This document shows, one piece after another, positions 18,263 through 28,922 of a stretch of DNA of 64,000 nucleotides. The stretch lies in contig JACPAV010000014.1 in the NCBI GenBank assembly GCA_016180645.1, positions 1 through 64,000 of the forward strand, read 5' to 3'. The translations under genes and the position numbers were made by a program. Below the pieces are notes generated by a model. It did not search any database. It had not been told where the DNA came from and worked only from the letters and a program-made list of their open reading frames with translations. The stretch comes from Nitrospirota bacterium. GTDB taxonomy: Bacteria; JACPQY01. Position 1 is the stretch's first letter. Every line of letters starts with the position of its first letter.

Positions 18263-19291
18263 ATGCGCGTAGGAATGTACTACAGCAATAAGGACGTTCG
18301 GGTGGAGCAGAAGCCCGTCCCGAAAATCGGTCCCGGCGAGGTCCTCGTCAAAATCCACGCCAGCGGAATTTGCGGGAGTGACTTGATGGAATGGTACCGG
18401 GCGAATCGGGTCCCGGTGGTACTGGGCCATGAGGTGGCGGGGGAAATCGTCGAGGCGGGCGAAGGCGTCGAGGGCTTCAAGGTGGGGGATCGCGTTTCGG
18501 TGACGCACCACGTGCCCTGCCTCAACTGCCACTACTGCCGGACCGGACACGAAACCACCTGCGACACCCTCCGGCGCACAAACTTCGATCCCGGAGGCTT
18601 CTGCGAATTCGTCCGCCTGCCGGCCATCAACGTTCAGCTTGGCGTGGTGAGACTTCCCGATGGCGTGTCGTACGAGGAGGGCTCGATGGTGGAGCCGGTG
18701 GGGTGCGTGGTGCGCGGCCTCCGGCTGGCGCGCTTCCGGCCGGGCCTCACCGTGCTGGTGATGGGCACGGGCGCCTCGGGGCTGCTGTACGTGAATGTGG
18801 CGTTCGTGCTGGGCGCGGGACGAGTCTTTGGCGTGGATCTTTCCCCCATGCGTCTTGAGGCCGCCCGGACCTTCGGCGCGATTTCCACCTTCGAGGCGGA
18901 AGATGGCGTGCCGGCCCGCCTCCGCTCGATGAATGAAGGGCGGCTTGCCGACCTTGTGATTCTCTGCGCGGGCGCACCGGAGGCGATCGCCCAGTCGCAT
19001 CGATGCGTGGAGCGCGGCGGCACGGTCCTCTTCTCGGCGCCATGCAACGGAAATCAGCCGGTCTCCCTGCCGTTCAACGACCTCTTCTGGCGGAACGAAA
19101 TCACCTTGACGAGCACGTACGGCAGCGCTCCGGCCGATTCGAACGAGGCTCTCGCGCTGATCCGAAGCGGGCGGCTCCACCTGAAGAACATGATCACCCA
19201 CCGGCTGGGCCTGGGTGAGATCGGCAAGGGCTTTCGACTGGCACTAGAGGCCCGGGACGCCCTCAAGGTGATGATCGAGCCTCAGCGGTAG
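18263..19291 (+). CDS. Zinc-dependent alcohol/polyol dehydrogenase (MDR family)
   Basis: GICGSD, GHE, C..C..C...C structural Zn site, GTGASG. Confidence 0.93.
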   Translation: MRVGMYYSNKDVRVEQKPVPKIGPGEVLVKIHASGICGSDLMEWYRANRVPVVLGHEVAGEIVEAGEGVEGFKVGDRVSVTHHVPCLNCHYCRTGHETTCDTLRRTNFDPGGFCEFVRLPAINVQLGVVRLPDGVSYEEGSMVEPVGCVVRGLRLARFRPGLTVLVMGTGASGLLYVNVAFVLGAGRVFGVDLSPMRLEAARTFGAISTFEAEDGVPARLRSMNEGRLADLVILCAGAPEAIAQSHRCVERGGTVLFSAPCNGNQPVSLPFNDLFWRNEITLTSTYGSAPADSNEALALIRSGRLHLKNMITHRLGLGEIGKGFRLALEARDALKVMIEPQR

Positions 19292-19296
19292 TCGTT

Positions 19297-19370
19297 GGGG
19301 TCAAGTCTTGACTTGATACTTCTCACCGATCTCGGCAGGACCAAGAAGTGTCAAGTCAAGACTTGACCCC
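19297..19370. repeat. GGGGTCAAGTCTTGAC inverted-repeat element (copy 1)
   Basis: 27-bp arms 19297-19323 and 19344-19370 with one mismatch. Confidence 0.85.
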
Positions 19371-21414
19371 CAGGCGGAGGATCCGCCGGGCCATCGCAGT
19401 CGGACTCCTCATCTTTGTCATCCAGTTTGCCCTCTCTCTCGCGTTTCTTGCGAGTCAATCCGTGATGGGGGTCCAGGATCCCCGTTTTGAGGAGCTCTTC
19501 AAAAAGTATTTTCTCCTCTCCGCCGCCTGGATGCAGCTCCGGATTCTTGGCGCCTACGTGGCGGTGGGTTTGGTGCTCTCCCTATTCTCCGCCCTGCCGT
19601 TCGTGGCCGTTCCGAGCCTGTCCCGGTTGCCCGCGCGCGTGCGAGGGTACGGCTTTCTGGCCATGCTCTCCCTCCTGCACATCGGGTTTCTATGTGGAGA
19701 TATTCAAGCCCACCCCCAGAACTATGCGGAGTTTCTTTATGATCGGGGGAGGGGGAGACGACTGCTCCAGATTCTTCTCACGGATCACGGGTTGGGGAAC
19801 TGGGCGAGGGGATTCGCCTGGGGTCTGATGGGGGCCTGTGCCCTCGCGGGCTGCGCGGCGCTGTTTCGCCGATGGCCTCGTCGGACCTTGGCGGCGGGCG
19901 TGGCCTGTATCCTCGGGCTTTGGGTTGGATGGAAGGGCGTTGGGATTTCATCGAATTCGGGGCCCAACGTCATCGTGATTGCGGTGGACTCCTTCCGATC
20001 CGATCGCCTGTTTTCGCCGATCACGCCGCGGATCAGTCGACTGGCGGAGGACGGGGTGTCCTTCCTGCGCGCCTATCCCGACGTCGCCCGCACCTTTCCG
20101 TCCATGGTGACGATCCACACCGGCCGCTACGCGCCCCGGCACGGCATCCGGGAAATGTTTCCGACGCAGGAGCAACGGGCCCGCATCGGCACGACGCTCC
20201 CGCGGTTCCTTCGCGACCACGGCTACGCGACGGCCGTCGTGGCCGACTACGCCGGCGATATTTTCCCCCGCGTCGACCTGGGGTTCGACCATGTGGACTG
20301 CCCGGACTTCACCGCCGAAGTGCTGATGGAACAGCGCTCGCTGGAAACCCACCCACTGCTCCTGCCCTACGTAAGCCATCCGCTTGGCATGAAGTTGTTC
20401 CCCGCGCTTCGGGAATTCACAAGTCTCAGCGAGCCGGCTGCCCTGGCCGCGCGCGCCGACGGAATGATCGGCCGACTCTCTCGTTCGCAAAAATTCTTCC
20501 TGACGATCTTCTTTTCCTCGCCTCACTTTCCCTATTCGGCGCCGGATCCCTACTACCGGCAGTTCACTGATCCGGCCTACCGGGGGCCGTACAAGTATCA
20601 CAAGGCCAATCGCATCGATCTGGCTGAAGAAACGCTCACGGTGGATGACCGCGCCCAGGTCCGCGGGCTCTACGACGGGGCTCTCTACGCCGCCGATGAA
20701 GCGGTGGGCGCATTGGTGCGGCGAATTCAGGAATCGCCCATCGGGCCGAACACCCTCGTCATCATCACCGCGGACCACGGCGAAAACCTTTATGAGCACG
20801 GGTGGATGGGACATGGCGACGAGTTGTGGAATGAAGAAGGGATTCGAGTCCCGATGGTGTTTCTGGGAGCCGGACTCACGCCGAGAAAAATCAGCGACGA
20901 TCCCATCTCACTCGCGAGCTTCACGCCCACACTGGTGGAATGGCTGGGATTCCGGCTGGAGCAGTACGGCCCAACAGACGGAAAGAGTCTGGCGCCGGCG
21001 CTCCGCGGCGGGCTTCCACCGAGTGATCCCATTTATCTTGAGACAGGAGCATGGTTCGTGCCGAAAGGGAGCGCCCGGTTCCACCGCGAGCGCATTCCGT
21101 ACGCGAGCCTGCTCGATTTCACCGAGATGGACGTGGACCACCGTTTCGAGATTGTGGTGCGCCCGGAGTACGAATCGATCATCAACGGCAGCAAGCATCG
21201 GGCGATCATGTCAGGAGACTCTCGACTGGTTTACAAGCCCCTGCGCGGCGGCCCGGAGTATAACTTGCTCCGGATCAAGGGTTATGACGTGGATCCCGGG
21301 TTTGATGCCGCGGAGGGACTCCGACTCCTCCTAGGGCTGAGGAGAATGGCGATGGAGATCGGTGGTGAAACCCTGTTTCACGAATTCCTTGTGGAGAATC
21401 CGGATGCTCCGTAG
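19348..21414 (+). CDS. Membrane-bound sulfatase-like hydrolase/transferase (alkaline phosphatase superfamily); start uncertain
   Basis: Several N-terminal TM helices; NVIVIAVDSFRSD, RTFPS, PHFPY, ADHGE..GHG. Confidence 0.85.
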   Translation: MSSQDLTPRRRIRRAIAVGLLIFVIQFALSLAFLASQSVMGVQDPRFEELFKKYFLLSAAWMQLRILGAYVAVGLVLSLFSALPFVAVPSLSRLPARVRGYGFLAMLSLLHIGFLCGDIQAHPQNYAEFLYDRGRGRRLLQILLTDHGLGNWARGFAWGLMGACALAGCAALFRRWPRRTLAAGVACILGLWVGWKGVGISSNSGPNVIVIAVDSFRSDRLFSPITPRISRLAEDGVSFLRAYPDVARTFPSMVTIHTGRYAPRHGIREMFPTQEQRARIGTTLPRFLRDHGYATAVVADYAGDIFPRVDLGFDHVDCPDFTAEVLMEQRSLETHPLLLPYVSHPLGMKLFPALREFTSLSEPAALAARADGMIGRLSRSQKFFLTIFFSSPHFPYSAPDPYYRQFTDPAYRGPYKYHKANRIDLAEETLTVDDRAQVRGLYDGALYAADEAVGALVRRIQESPIGPNTLVIITADHGENLYEHGWMGHGDELWNEEGIRVPMVFLGAGLTPRKISDDPISLASFTPTLVEWLGFRLEQYGPTDGKSLAPALRGGLPPSDPIYLETGAWFVPKGSARFHRERIPYASLLDFTEMDVDHRFEIVVRPEYESIINGSKHRAIMSGDSRLVYKPLRGGPEYNLLRIKGYDVDPGFDAAEGLRLLLGLRRMAMEIGGETLFHEFLVENPDAP

Positions 21415-23806
21415 TTTGTTCAAACTGGTCGTCGCCCTGCTGGCGCTGGTGGCGCTCCGGAAGATCGCTTTCGAATTTCCCCACTGGCGGCCCGATGTGC
21501 TGGGAGAACTTCCCGAAGGCCGGCTCTTGAAGCAGGGCGAATTCGAGGTGGCAGAGCGGCTGGCCGAGAAGCACCCCGTTTTGGTGAACTTCGATGAATC
21601 AACGGATGTGCGAATCCAGTCGGCCTTCAACCTTGGAGTAGCGATGAAGGGGACCGGCCGTCGAGCCGGACAATCTTGGGCCGCCGTCGGGCGGCTTGGT
21701 CTCGCTCTCGAATCGATGCCCGTGGTTCTCGTTCCTCCGGGCGGTGTGGTGGCGTACCAGGTTGTCCTGCCCCCAAAGGCCGCCTTTGAAACGCACGTCG
21801 CGTCCTGGTTTCCCGATAGCGACTCGGCACGGCTCCTGCGGTTCAGACTGGACGTTATCTCTGAGGGGAGCGCTACCACGGTGATGGACGAATCGGGGCC
21901 CTCCCACCACCCTCCGCATTCTTCCCTCCTCTCGCGGGGCTTGGCCGCGATTGAAAAGTGGTTCGCGCGGGGTGCGCGACCGAAGCGGTGGCTGTTCAAG
22001 AGGGTGGAGACGGATCTTTCTCGATGGAGCGGTCGGTCTGTCATCCTGCGATTTCGAGTGGAGGGGGAAGGACGGGATTCCGCCGGCGTCGGCCTGTGGG
22101 GCGCACCGATCGTGATCGGAGAGCGGACCGCCCCGAAACCGAATCTCCTCTTTCTGGTGATCGACGGACTCAGCCCCCAATTCACCGACTGCCTGGAAGA
22201 CCGCCCTTGGACGGACACTCCGGTCATTGCCGAACTATGCCGGAGTGGAGAGGTGGTGAGGCGGATGTACACGGCGGCGAACGGAACGAGGGCGAGCGTG
22301 GCTGCGCTTGCGTATGGTGTCCGCGCCTCCGATCTTCTGCTGCCGATTTACGACCGCGAAATCCCGGACCGTGTGCGCCGGCTCCGCGCTTGGGGGCCGC
22401 CGTCGATCTTCGAACAGTTGGCGGAGCGGGGATATCGGACCGCCGGCATCCACGACAATATCTTTGCCGTTGAAACCCACGAGGCGGGCTACGATCTCGG
22501 CATCGAGGAGAGCTACATCGTGCACGGCACGATGCAAGACACGCCGAACATCGTGCATCTTGCATCGAACTGGATCCGGAACCACCGCGGATTGCCTTTC
22601 GCTATGTACGTTCACGTGGATGTGACGCACGACTTGTTCAAAGTTCCGCCGATTCGCGACATGGCCGCGACGCTGGTCCACGCGCCGAGCTCCGTATTCA
22701 AAGCCTTCCGATATGCCTCAGGAGCCCACTACAGCGATCGCGTGGCCGGGTGGTTGCGGGATCTCCTGAAAGAGGAAGGGCTGGAGGACGATACGATTTT
22801 CGTCGTCCTCTCGGACCACGGCAACATTTTCAGCCGGGACAAGAAGCGTTCGTATTTCTCGAAGCGCGATGGCCGATGGCAGTGGAGCGATCCGTATGGG
22901 TGGCACGGAGGAACGACGTATGAAGACGACCTCCGCGTGCTGTGGGTCCTGAATGGACCGGGCGTGAAGCCGGGGGAGCGTGAATTCGGGTGGCTGCCCG
23001 AGGAGGCGGGGAAATGGGCGCGAGCGGCGGGCGACGACCTGCCCGATCCCGCTGAATCTTTCACCGATTCCTGCCGGCCGATTGACATGCAAATGGGGGA
23101 GGCATGGGTGTGTCCCGACTCGCTGAAGTTCGTTCGTTTTGCAGAAGGAATTCGGGTCAAAGGGGATGGCCCCGAGCGCCGCGCGGTGGATGAGGCGTGG
23201 CGAGTTTCGGATGATTTCCGTGAACACGTGCTTTCGGGAGCCGACAGCGAAGAGGCGTTTCGCCGAAATCCGCATCCCAATACCCATTCACCGCGAGGAT
23301 GGGTGCTGAGGATACCCCCAAGTTCCTCGATCGATGGGCGCGTGGATTGGGAGCGGGGGGGGGGGCCGTCCGGGAAGAAGACAACAGCCGCGTCTCCTTC
23401 GTTGCCCGTCGTGGCGTCGGACGAATCGCTCGGATGCACGATTCAAGAACTGACCCCAAGCGGGATGGCATTACGGGCGAGGACGCAAACGGAATGGTGC
23501 GAATTCTATTTTGAATCCCCCGAAACCCGGATCCACCTGGACTTGAGCGAAAATGGGCAAGAAGTGAAAACGCTTTCGCTCGGCCCGTTGGGAGTAATCG
23601 AGAAGGGGTCTCGTTTTGAATTCGACTCGTCGAAAGCCCCGCTCCTGACAGCGGGCAAAGGGATGCCCTCGGTCTTTCTCACCGAGTTCCCCGTCCTCTT
23701 CATCACCGGGCGGCGAACGTGGGCCTATTCGAACCTTCCGACGAATCTGAGTCGCCAGACCCCCGAGGTCGTCCAGATCATGAAGGATTGGGGCTATCTC
23801 AAGTGA
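21404..23806 (+). CDS. Sulfatase-like hydrolase/transferase with N-terminal anchor
   Basis: PNLLFLVIDGL, GTRAS, SDHG..HGG..YEDDLRV; ATG 21404 overlaps the upstream gene end. Confidence 0.75.
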   Translation: MLRSLFKLVVALLALVALRKIAFEFPHWRPDVLGELPEGRLLKQGEFEVAERLAEKHPVLVNFDESTDVRIQSAFNLGVAMKGTGRRAGQSWAAVGRLGLALESMPVVLVPPGGVVAYQVVLPPKAAFETHVASWFPDSDSARLLRFRLDVISEGSATTVMDESGPSHHPPHSSLLSRGLAAIEKWFARGARPKRWLFKRVETDLSRWSGRSVILRFRVEGEGRDSAGVGLWGAPIVIGERTAPKPNLLFLVIDGLSPQFTDCLEDRPWTDTPVIAELCRSGEVVRRMYTAANGTRASVAALAYGVRASDLLLPIYDREIPDRVRRLRAWGPPSIFEQLAERGYRTAGIHDNIFAVETHEAGYDLGIEESYIVHGTMQDTPNIVHLASNWIRNHRGLPFAMYVHVDVTHDLFKVPPIRDMAATLVHAPSSVFKAFRYASGAHYSDRVAGWLRDLLKEEGLEDDTIFVVLSDHGNIFSRDKKRSYFSKRDGRWQWSDPYGWHGGTTYEDDLRVLWVLNGPGVKPGEREFGWLPEEAGKWARAAGDDLPDPAESFTDSCRPIDMQMGEAWVCPDSLKFVRFAEGIRVKGDGPERRAVDEAWRVSDDFREHVLSGADSEEAFRRNPHPNTHSPRGWVLRIPPSSSIDGRVDWERGGGPSGKKTTAASPSLPVVASDESLGCTIQELTPSGMALRARTQTEWCEFYFESPETRIHLDLSENGQEVKTLSLGPLGVIEKGSRFEFDSSKAPLLTAGKGMPSVFLTEFPVLFITGRRTWAYSNLPTNLSRQTPEVVQIMKDWGYLK

Positions 23807-23858
23807 CAGCTTGCTTGGAGCCGACCTCCGGACTGGGTTGTGTTCCGGGCCGGAACCC

Positions 23859-23913
23859 GGTAGCCGCGGGCTTTAGCCCGCGTCTAGTACGCAGCCTGAA
23901 GGCTGCGGCTACC
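23859..23913 (+). repeat. Intact GTAG-type REP doublet
   Basis: ggtagccgcgggctttagcccgcg-tctagta-cgcagcctgaaggctgcggctacc: two hairpins with inverted GTAG ends. Confidence 0.88.
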
Positions 23914-23990
23914 CGGAACGGCCTGGAACAGGGATGGAATTCGGGTGTGGATCGAACAAGAAGAAGGGTAGTGGTAGAAGGGCGTGGAGC

Positions 23991-25037
23991 GTGAGAGCGA
24001 ATTTCCATTGGGCGGGAGGGAGCGAGGCCGCCGACGTCGTTGCCCGCGAGCGAGCACTGCTCTCGGGAATGGGATCGGGCGAGATCGAACCGGTTCCTTG
24101 GATGGTCTGCTCCGCCTTCCGTTCGGAGTTCGTTGCGGCAGGCGCGTATCAACGGCACGATTCCGCTCTGAACCTCGATGCGTGCGCCCGCATGAAAACT
24201 CCGATCATGACGCGATGGACCGGCGGGATCTCCACGCGATGGGGCCCCGGCGTCCTTCACATGGCTCTGTTTCTTCCGAACGCTTCGGCATGGACGGAAA
24301 CACCCATGGATCGCATCATCAACCGATACGTGAGAGGCATTCTGTCAGGCCTTGGATCAATGGGACTGGAAGCGGCTTATAACGGAAAGGAATTCCTCTG
24401 GGCGAACGGGAAACACATCGGGTATCTCTCGTTCGAGGTCGCCCCCGGTGGCGCCGTGTTGTTCGAGTGTTTGCTGGCCATGACAGGCCCGTGGGTCTTG
24501 CCGAAAGAGTTCCTCGCCTACCCGGCCGGTGAATCGTATCTGAGCGGAGGATTCCCTTCCGCCTGTCTCAAGGAATTCGACCTGGAGGCCCTCGCGCCGG
24601 ACGTCCTGGCCCGGAAGTTGGCGGAAGGTTTTGAACGTCGATTCGGGGTTTCATTCGAGGAGGCGAAAGCGCCCGTCTCATCCGCTCCTGCGGTCGAGGA
24701 GGCCCCTCGAAGGACCGATGATCGCTTGCGGAGGGGTGGAGTGGGCCGGGCGAGATCCCGAGTCAGCATCGGGTTTCTTGAAGTCTACGCGTCCATCGAG
24801 AACGAACGGTTCTCGGACTTGGAGGTGTGTGGGGATTTTCTCGCCGATTCAGATGGAATCCGGCGACTGCGTGAAGGTCTGCTTGGCCGGGGAATTCGCA
24901 ACGACGACGTCGAAGGTGTGGTCCGCTCGATTTTCGATCAGAAGAAGCACGTCCTCCTCGGGGCGCGGTTGGCGGAACTGACCTCGACCATTTTGGCGGC
25001 TGGGGAAGCTGCGACCGAATCGAAGTTGCACCCATGA
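23991..25037 (+). CDS. Divergent lipoate-protein ligase A-like protein
   Basis: Degenerate RWTGG and NGKHIG motifs; C-terminal VCGDFLA ligase-C-like region; start uncertain. Confidence 0.55.
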   Translation: MRANFHWAGGSEAADVVARERALLSGMGSGEIEPVPWMVCSAFRSEFVAAGAYQRHDSALNLDACARMKTPIMTRWTGGISTRWGPGVLHMALFLPNASAWTETPMDRIINRYVRGILSGLGSMGLEAAYNGKEFLWANGKHIGYLSFEVAPGGAVLFECLLAMTGPWVLPKEFLAYPAGESYLSGGFPSACLKEFDLEALAPDVLARKLAEGFERRFGVSFEEAKAPVSSAPAVEEAPRRTDDRLRRGGVGRARSRVSIGFLEVYASIENERFSDLEVCGDFLADSDGIRRLREGLLGRGIRNDDVEGVVRSIFDQKKHVLLGARLAELTSTILAAGEAATESKLHP

Positions 25038-26173
25038 AGATCGCCGTTGACCTCAAAGCCGTGGCGCGCGAAACGATGGGCATCGGTGTCTATGCAATGG
25101 AGTTGGCCCGTCGATTTCCTGCCCTGGCCCCGGCGCATCGACTCACGTATCTCGTCCGATCAAACGATATCTTCGAGGTGGCCGAATGGAATCGCTCCGT
25201 GCGATTCATCGCCGCCCCTCCCGCTCTCCGGAGCAAGACGGGTTTCATCGCGTGGGAGCATTTCTTGATGCCGGGCGACTTCGAGCGATTCGAGGCCGAC
25301 GTCGTCTTTTTCCCGGAGACGGTGGTTCCGATCCGACGCTTCGACGCGCCCGCCGTCGTGACGGTCCACGATCTGGCCTACGCCGAAGCCGGTGAAACCC
25401 TGACGATGTCGAAGAGGCTTTATAAGGCGTGGTCTGCACGTCACGCCTCGCGCCGGGCAGCCCGCTTTATTGCCGATTCAGCCTACACGGCCGAGAGCAT
25501 GGAACGCGTCCTCGGAATCCGGCGACAGCGGATCACGGTCGTTCCGCTCGGGGTGGACCCGGCCGTGTTTCGTCCTGTTCGGGATCCGGATCGTCGGCAC
25601 TTGCTTTGGGACCGCGTCGGAATTGGCAATGCCCCATACCTCCTATACGCGGGAAACATCAACCCGAAGAAGAACATCGGCGTTCTGATCGACGCGTTTC
25701 GGGAAGTCCGGAAAGAGTGGGGGAAAGACCTTCGGCTCGTCTTTTCCGGAAAAGTGGGCTGGAAGTTGGACGAGATCGCACCCTGGATGACGGGGGAATG
25801 GAAGGATGGGATTCGGCACGTGGGATTTCTCTCGCGAGAGGAGTTGGTGAGGCTCTACTCGGAAGCGGCGACGTTTGTGTATCCGAGCAGCCATGAAGGA
25901 TTTGGTCTGCCGCTGGCGGAGGCGATGGCCTGCGGGTGTCCCGTCGTTTCGACACGGCGGACGTCCATTCCCGAAGTGGTGGGAGAGGCAGGAATTCTGC
26001 TGGACGAAATGTCATCGGCCACGCTCAGCGCCGCCATTCTTCGTCTCCTCCGGGATCCGGGACTTCGCTCCGATCTCGTCGGGCGTGGCCTCGAACGCGC
26101 CCGCGCCTTTTCCTGGGATCGCGCAGCGCGGCTGACTCTGGACGTGCTGGAAGAAACGGCGCGAACGACCTGA
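25034..26173 (+). CDS. Glycosyltransferase family 4 (GT-B)
   Basis: TVHDL, YAGNINPKKN, PSSHEGFGLPLAEAMACG. Confidence 0.93.
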   Translation: MKIAVDLKAVARETMGIGVYAMELARRFPALAPAHRLTYLVRSNDIFEVAEWNRSVRFIAAPPALRSKTGFIAWEHFLMPGDFERFEADVVFFPETVVPIRRFDAPAVVTVHDLAYAEAGETLTMSKRLYKAWSARHASRRAARFIADSAYTAESMERVLGIRRQRITVVPLGVDPAVFRPVRDPDRRHLLWDRVGIGNAPYLLYAGNINPKKNIGVLIDAFREVRKEWGKDLRLVFSGKVGWKLDEIAPWMTGEWKDGIRHVGFLSREELVRLYSEAATFVYPSSHEGFGLPLAEAMACGCPVVSTRRTSIPEVVGEAGILLDEMSSATLSAAILRLLRDPGLRSDLVGRGLERARAFSWDRAARLTLDVLEETARTT

Positions 26174-26181
26174 ACTTTCCG

Positions 26182-27756
26182 CTACGCGCGGCCCAAGTTC
26201 TTCACGCTTCGCAGGAGGTCTCGCGTCCACGCCTTTGTCATGAAGGCGAGAGCGAGGAAGAGGGCCAGGGAGGCTAGTGCGCCGCCGAATCGCCACAGCG
26301 GTTCGGCTTGGGAGAGCGAAAGGCCCAGACCCGCGGTCATCGGGATTCCGGCCACCAGGATTCTGGAGATGTTCACGCCATCCAAGAGTTCCCACGCCCG
26401 CGTCCGGATCGCGCGGGCCACGAGGATCAGAGTCAGAACGGCCATCAAGGCGTACGAGATCAGCCCCGCCGCGGCCGAGCCGCTCAATCCCCACACGGGA
26501 ATCAGGAGAAGGTTCAGGCCGACGTTCAGCAGGGAGCCGACACCGATGGGGATGGATGCTTGGAACGGCCGATTCGTCGCTAGAAGAATGTTTCCCGTAA
26601 GTTGGGCGACGCTGTGCAAGAGGCACCCGGCGAGCAGGATGCGGAGCGCCGGGGTGGCCTGCCGGAAATCGTCTCCAAACCATCCCATGATGACATCTGA
26701 AAATCCGATCCCCGCGAGCATGATGGGCCAGCCCAGTAGGACGAGGTAGCGGTGGGTATCGCGGTAGGTCTTGAGAACCTGATGGCTCTCCCCGCGGTGC
26801 CAGAGCCCCGAGAGGGAGGAGAAAAGCATCTGGGCGGGCAATCTCGTAATCATGTCGAACACTTTGAAAACCGAGTAGGCGCTGGCGTAGTAGCCCAGTT
26901 GCTCCACCGTGAGCAGGAGGGGGATGATCAGGCGGTCGGCGTATTCAATGACGATTTCCGAAAGCTGCTGCGGCAGCGCGCGCGCGTTGTAACTGATCAC
27001 GGAGCGGGAAGAAGGAATTGACCCGCCCGCCTCGGTGGTGCGTCGTCGGTATTCAAGCCATACGAAAATCCCGCCACCAATGAACGCGCAGAACGGGAAA
27101 AACACTTTGTACATCGCAGCCGATTGGGCCGATCGACCCAGAAGCCAGGGAAGCGCGAAGACGAAACCCAGCGTGAGATACTGCGCCGCGGTTTCCGCGC
27201 GGAAAAAGAATTTCATCCGTTGCGTGGCGCGGAAACGGCATTGGGCGAACTGCCAACTGTGCTCCAGGAACGCCGCGGCGAGAACGAGCGGGATCAGCGC
27301 CTTCCACAGTGATCCCTGACCGTACGCACGATCGAGAACGATCGCCGACATCGGTATCAACACCGCCGAGGAAAGCGCCATCATCCAGATGGATGTCCGG
27401 TAGGTTTTCCAGAAGAGCGACCAGCCGCGCGAGCTGTCCGGCGGATAGGCGGTGAGGGCATGGGCGAGCCCCGCCCCTCCCGTCAACCGGGAGACATAGG
27501 CCAGGAGGCCCGAGAAAAAGAGGAGCAGGGTGACCTGTCCCACCACCTCCGCCCCGAAAAGGCGGGCGAGCGCGACATTGATTCCAACGACGGCCGGGAA
27601 CGGGATGATCCGTGCCATCGTGTTGTAGACGACGGCCGAGACGAGTTGCCTGGAAACAGTGGAAGGCGGGGGCCCCCCACTGCCCGAAAAGGGACGCGGA
27701 GCGGACTCGGAGCCTGTCGGCTCGCTCGGCGAGCCGGATTCAGGTGGTGGGGTCAA
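26182..27756 (-). CDS. Wzx-like oligosaccharide flippase (MOP superfamily)
   Basis: Many TM helices; D.LII..LGYYASA; LNLLLIPVWGLSGSAAA. Confidence 0.85.
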   Translation of the reverse strand: MTPPPESGSPSEPTGSESAPRPFSGSGGPPPSTVSRQLVSAVVYNTMARIIPFPAVVGINVALARLFGAEVVGQVTLLLFFSGLLAYVSRLTGGAGLAHALTAYPPDSSRGWSLFWKTYRTSIWMMALSSAVLIPMSAIVLDRAYGQGSLWKALIPLVLAAAFLEHSWQFAQCRFRATQRMKFFFRAETAAQYLTLGFVFALPWLLGRSAQSAAMYKVFFPFCAFIGGGIFVWLEYRRRTTEAGGSIPSSRSVISYNARALPQQLSEIVIEYADRLIIPLLLTVEQLGYYASAYSVFKVFDMITRLPAQMLFSSLSGLWHRGESHQVLKTYRDTHRYLVLLGWPIMLAGIGFSDVIMGWFGDDFRQATPALRILLAGCLLHSVAQLTGNILLATNRPFQASIPIGVGSLLNVGLNLLLIPVWGLSGSAAAGLISYALMAVLTLILVARAIRTRAWELLDGVNISRILVAGIPMTAGLGLSLSQAEPLWRFGGALASLALFLALAFMTKAWTRDLLRSVKNLGRA

Positions 27757-28922
27757 ACGCGGCCTCGCAAGGCGGTCTGGTAGACGGCGAGAGTGTCTGT
27801 CGTGAAGCGTGCGAGCGAGAACATCCCGCGGGCACGCTGCCGGCCCGCGTCTCCAAAACGCCGTTCCCCCGAAGGCTCTTTCAGGACTCTGATCAGGGCA
27901 GGTGCGAGAAGCTCCGGGTGGTCATGCGGCACCACGAGGCCACAACGCTCATGTTCGACGACCTCGGGCAGGCCGCCCGTGTTCGACACGACGACCGGCA
28001 CGCCCTCGGCCATCGCTTCCGCGACGGACAGGCCGAAACCTTCGATGGAGGAACCGGCAGGGAGACTGAACAGCACGAGGGTGTCGGCCACGGCGAAAAA
28101 AGCGGCGGCATCGGGCGCCTCGCCGCAGAATCGTACGGCGCCATCGAGTCCCATCGCATGGGCCTCCAACTTGAGCTCGGTCATCGAATCCCCGCTCCCC
28201 ACCATGACGTAAGCCGCCTCCGGGACGGTCCGCAGAATCTCCGGAAGGGCACGGATCACCTCCATCTGTCCCTTGCGGGGGTGAAGATGCGCGATCGTGA
28301 GGATGACTTTCTTTCCGTAGAGGTCGAATCGCGACCGAAGATCAGATGCCGCCTCCGGAGCATGATATCGGGGGCGTGTGTCCACTCCGTTGTAGACCAC
28401 GTGCAGCTTGTCGGCCGGCAGACCGTGTGATTCGGCCAGCGATCGCGTGAACCGACTTACACAGATAATACGGTCGGCCTCCAAGTAAGCCGGACGAAAC
28501 AGTCGATCTCTCAGGCGGAGCCCTCGGCGATTCAGGTTTCGGAGCAGTTCCGTGCCGTGAACGGTCATGACGCGCGGAAGGGCCGGGGTTTCCATCCGCC
28601 CCAAAGCCAGATGGGCTATCGAACTCACCGCATGGAGGACGTCGGGCCGCACGCTATTCAGAACCTCTTCCATCGCTTCGACTCCCTTCCGATAGCGGTG
28701 GAAATCCGACCCGGTGGCATCGAAACGATGGATGTAGGGTCGCTGTCCGCCGGCATCCCACGGTGTTCCGGGGCAGACCACGTGCACTTCATGACCCAAC
28801 TCGCCCAGACCGACCGCGAGACTTCGCGCATAGGCCGAAATCCCACCGATGAAGGGAGGGAAATCGTAGGTGAACAGAACAATCGTCAGTCGGCCCTGAG
28901 GAGTTTGCGTTTCCAGATCCAT
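27753..28922 (-). CDS. Glycosyltransferase family 4
   Basis: YDFPPFIGGI, VHGTE, HPRKG, EGFGLSVAEAMAEG. Confidence 0.92.
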   Translation of the reverse strand: MDLETQTPQGRLTIVLFTYDFPPFIGGISAYARSLAVGLGELGHEVHVVCPGTPWDAGGQRPYIHRFDATGSDFHRYRKGVEAMEEVLNSVRPDVLHAVSSIAHLALGRMETPALPRVMTVHGTELLRNLNRRGLRLRDRLFRPAYLEADRIICVSRFTRSLAESHGLPADKLHVVYNGVDTRPRYHAPEAASDLRSRFDLYGKKVILTIAHLHPRKGQMEVIRALPEILRTVPEAAYVMVGSGDSMTELKLEAHAMGLDGAVRFCGEAPDAAAFFAVADTLVLFSLPAGSSIEGFGLSVAEAMAEGVPVVVSNTGGLPEVVEHERCGLVVPHDHPELLAPALIRVLKEPSGERRFGDAGRQRARGMFSLARFTTDTLAVYQTALRGRV

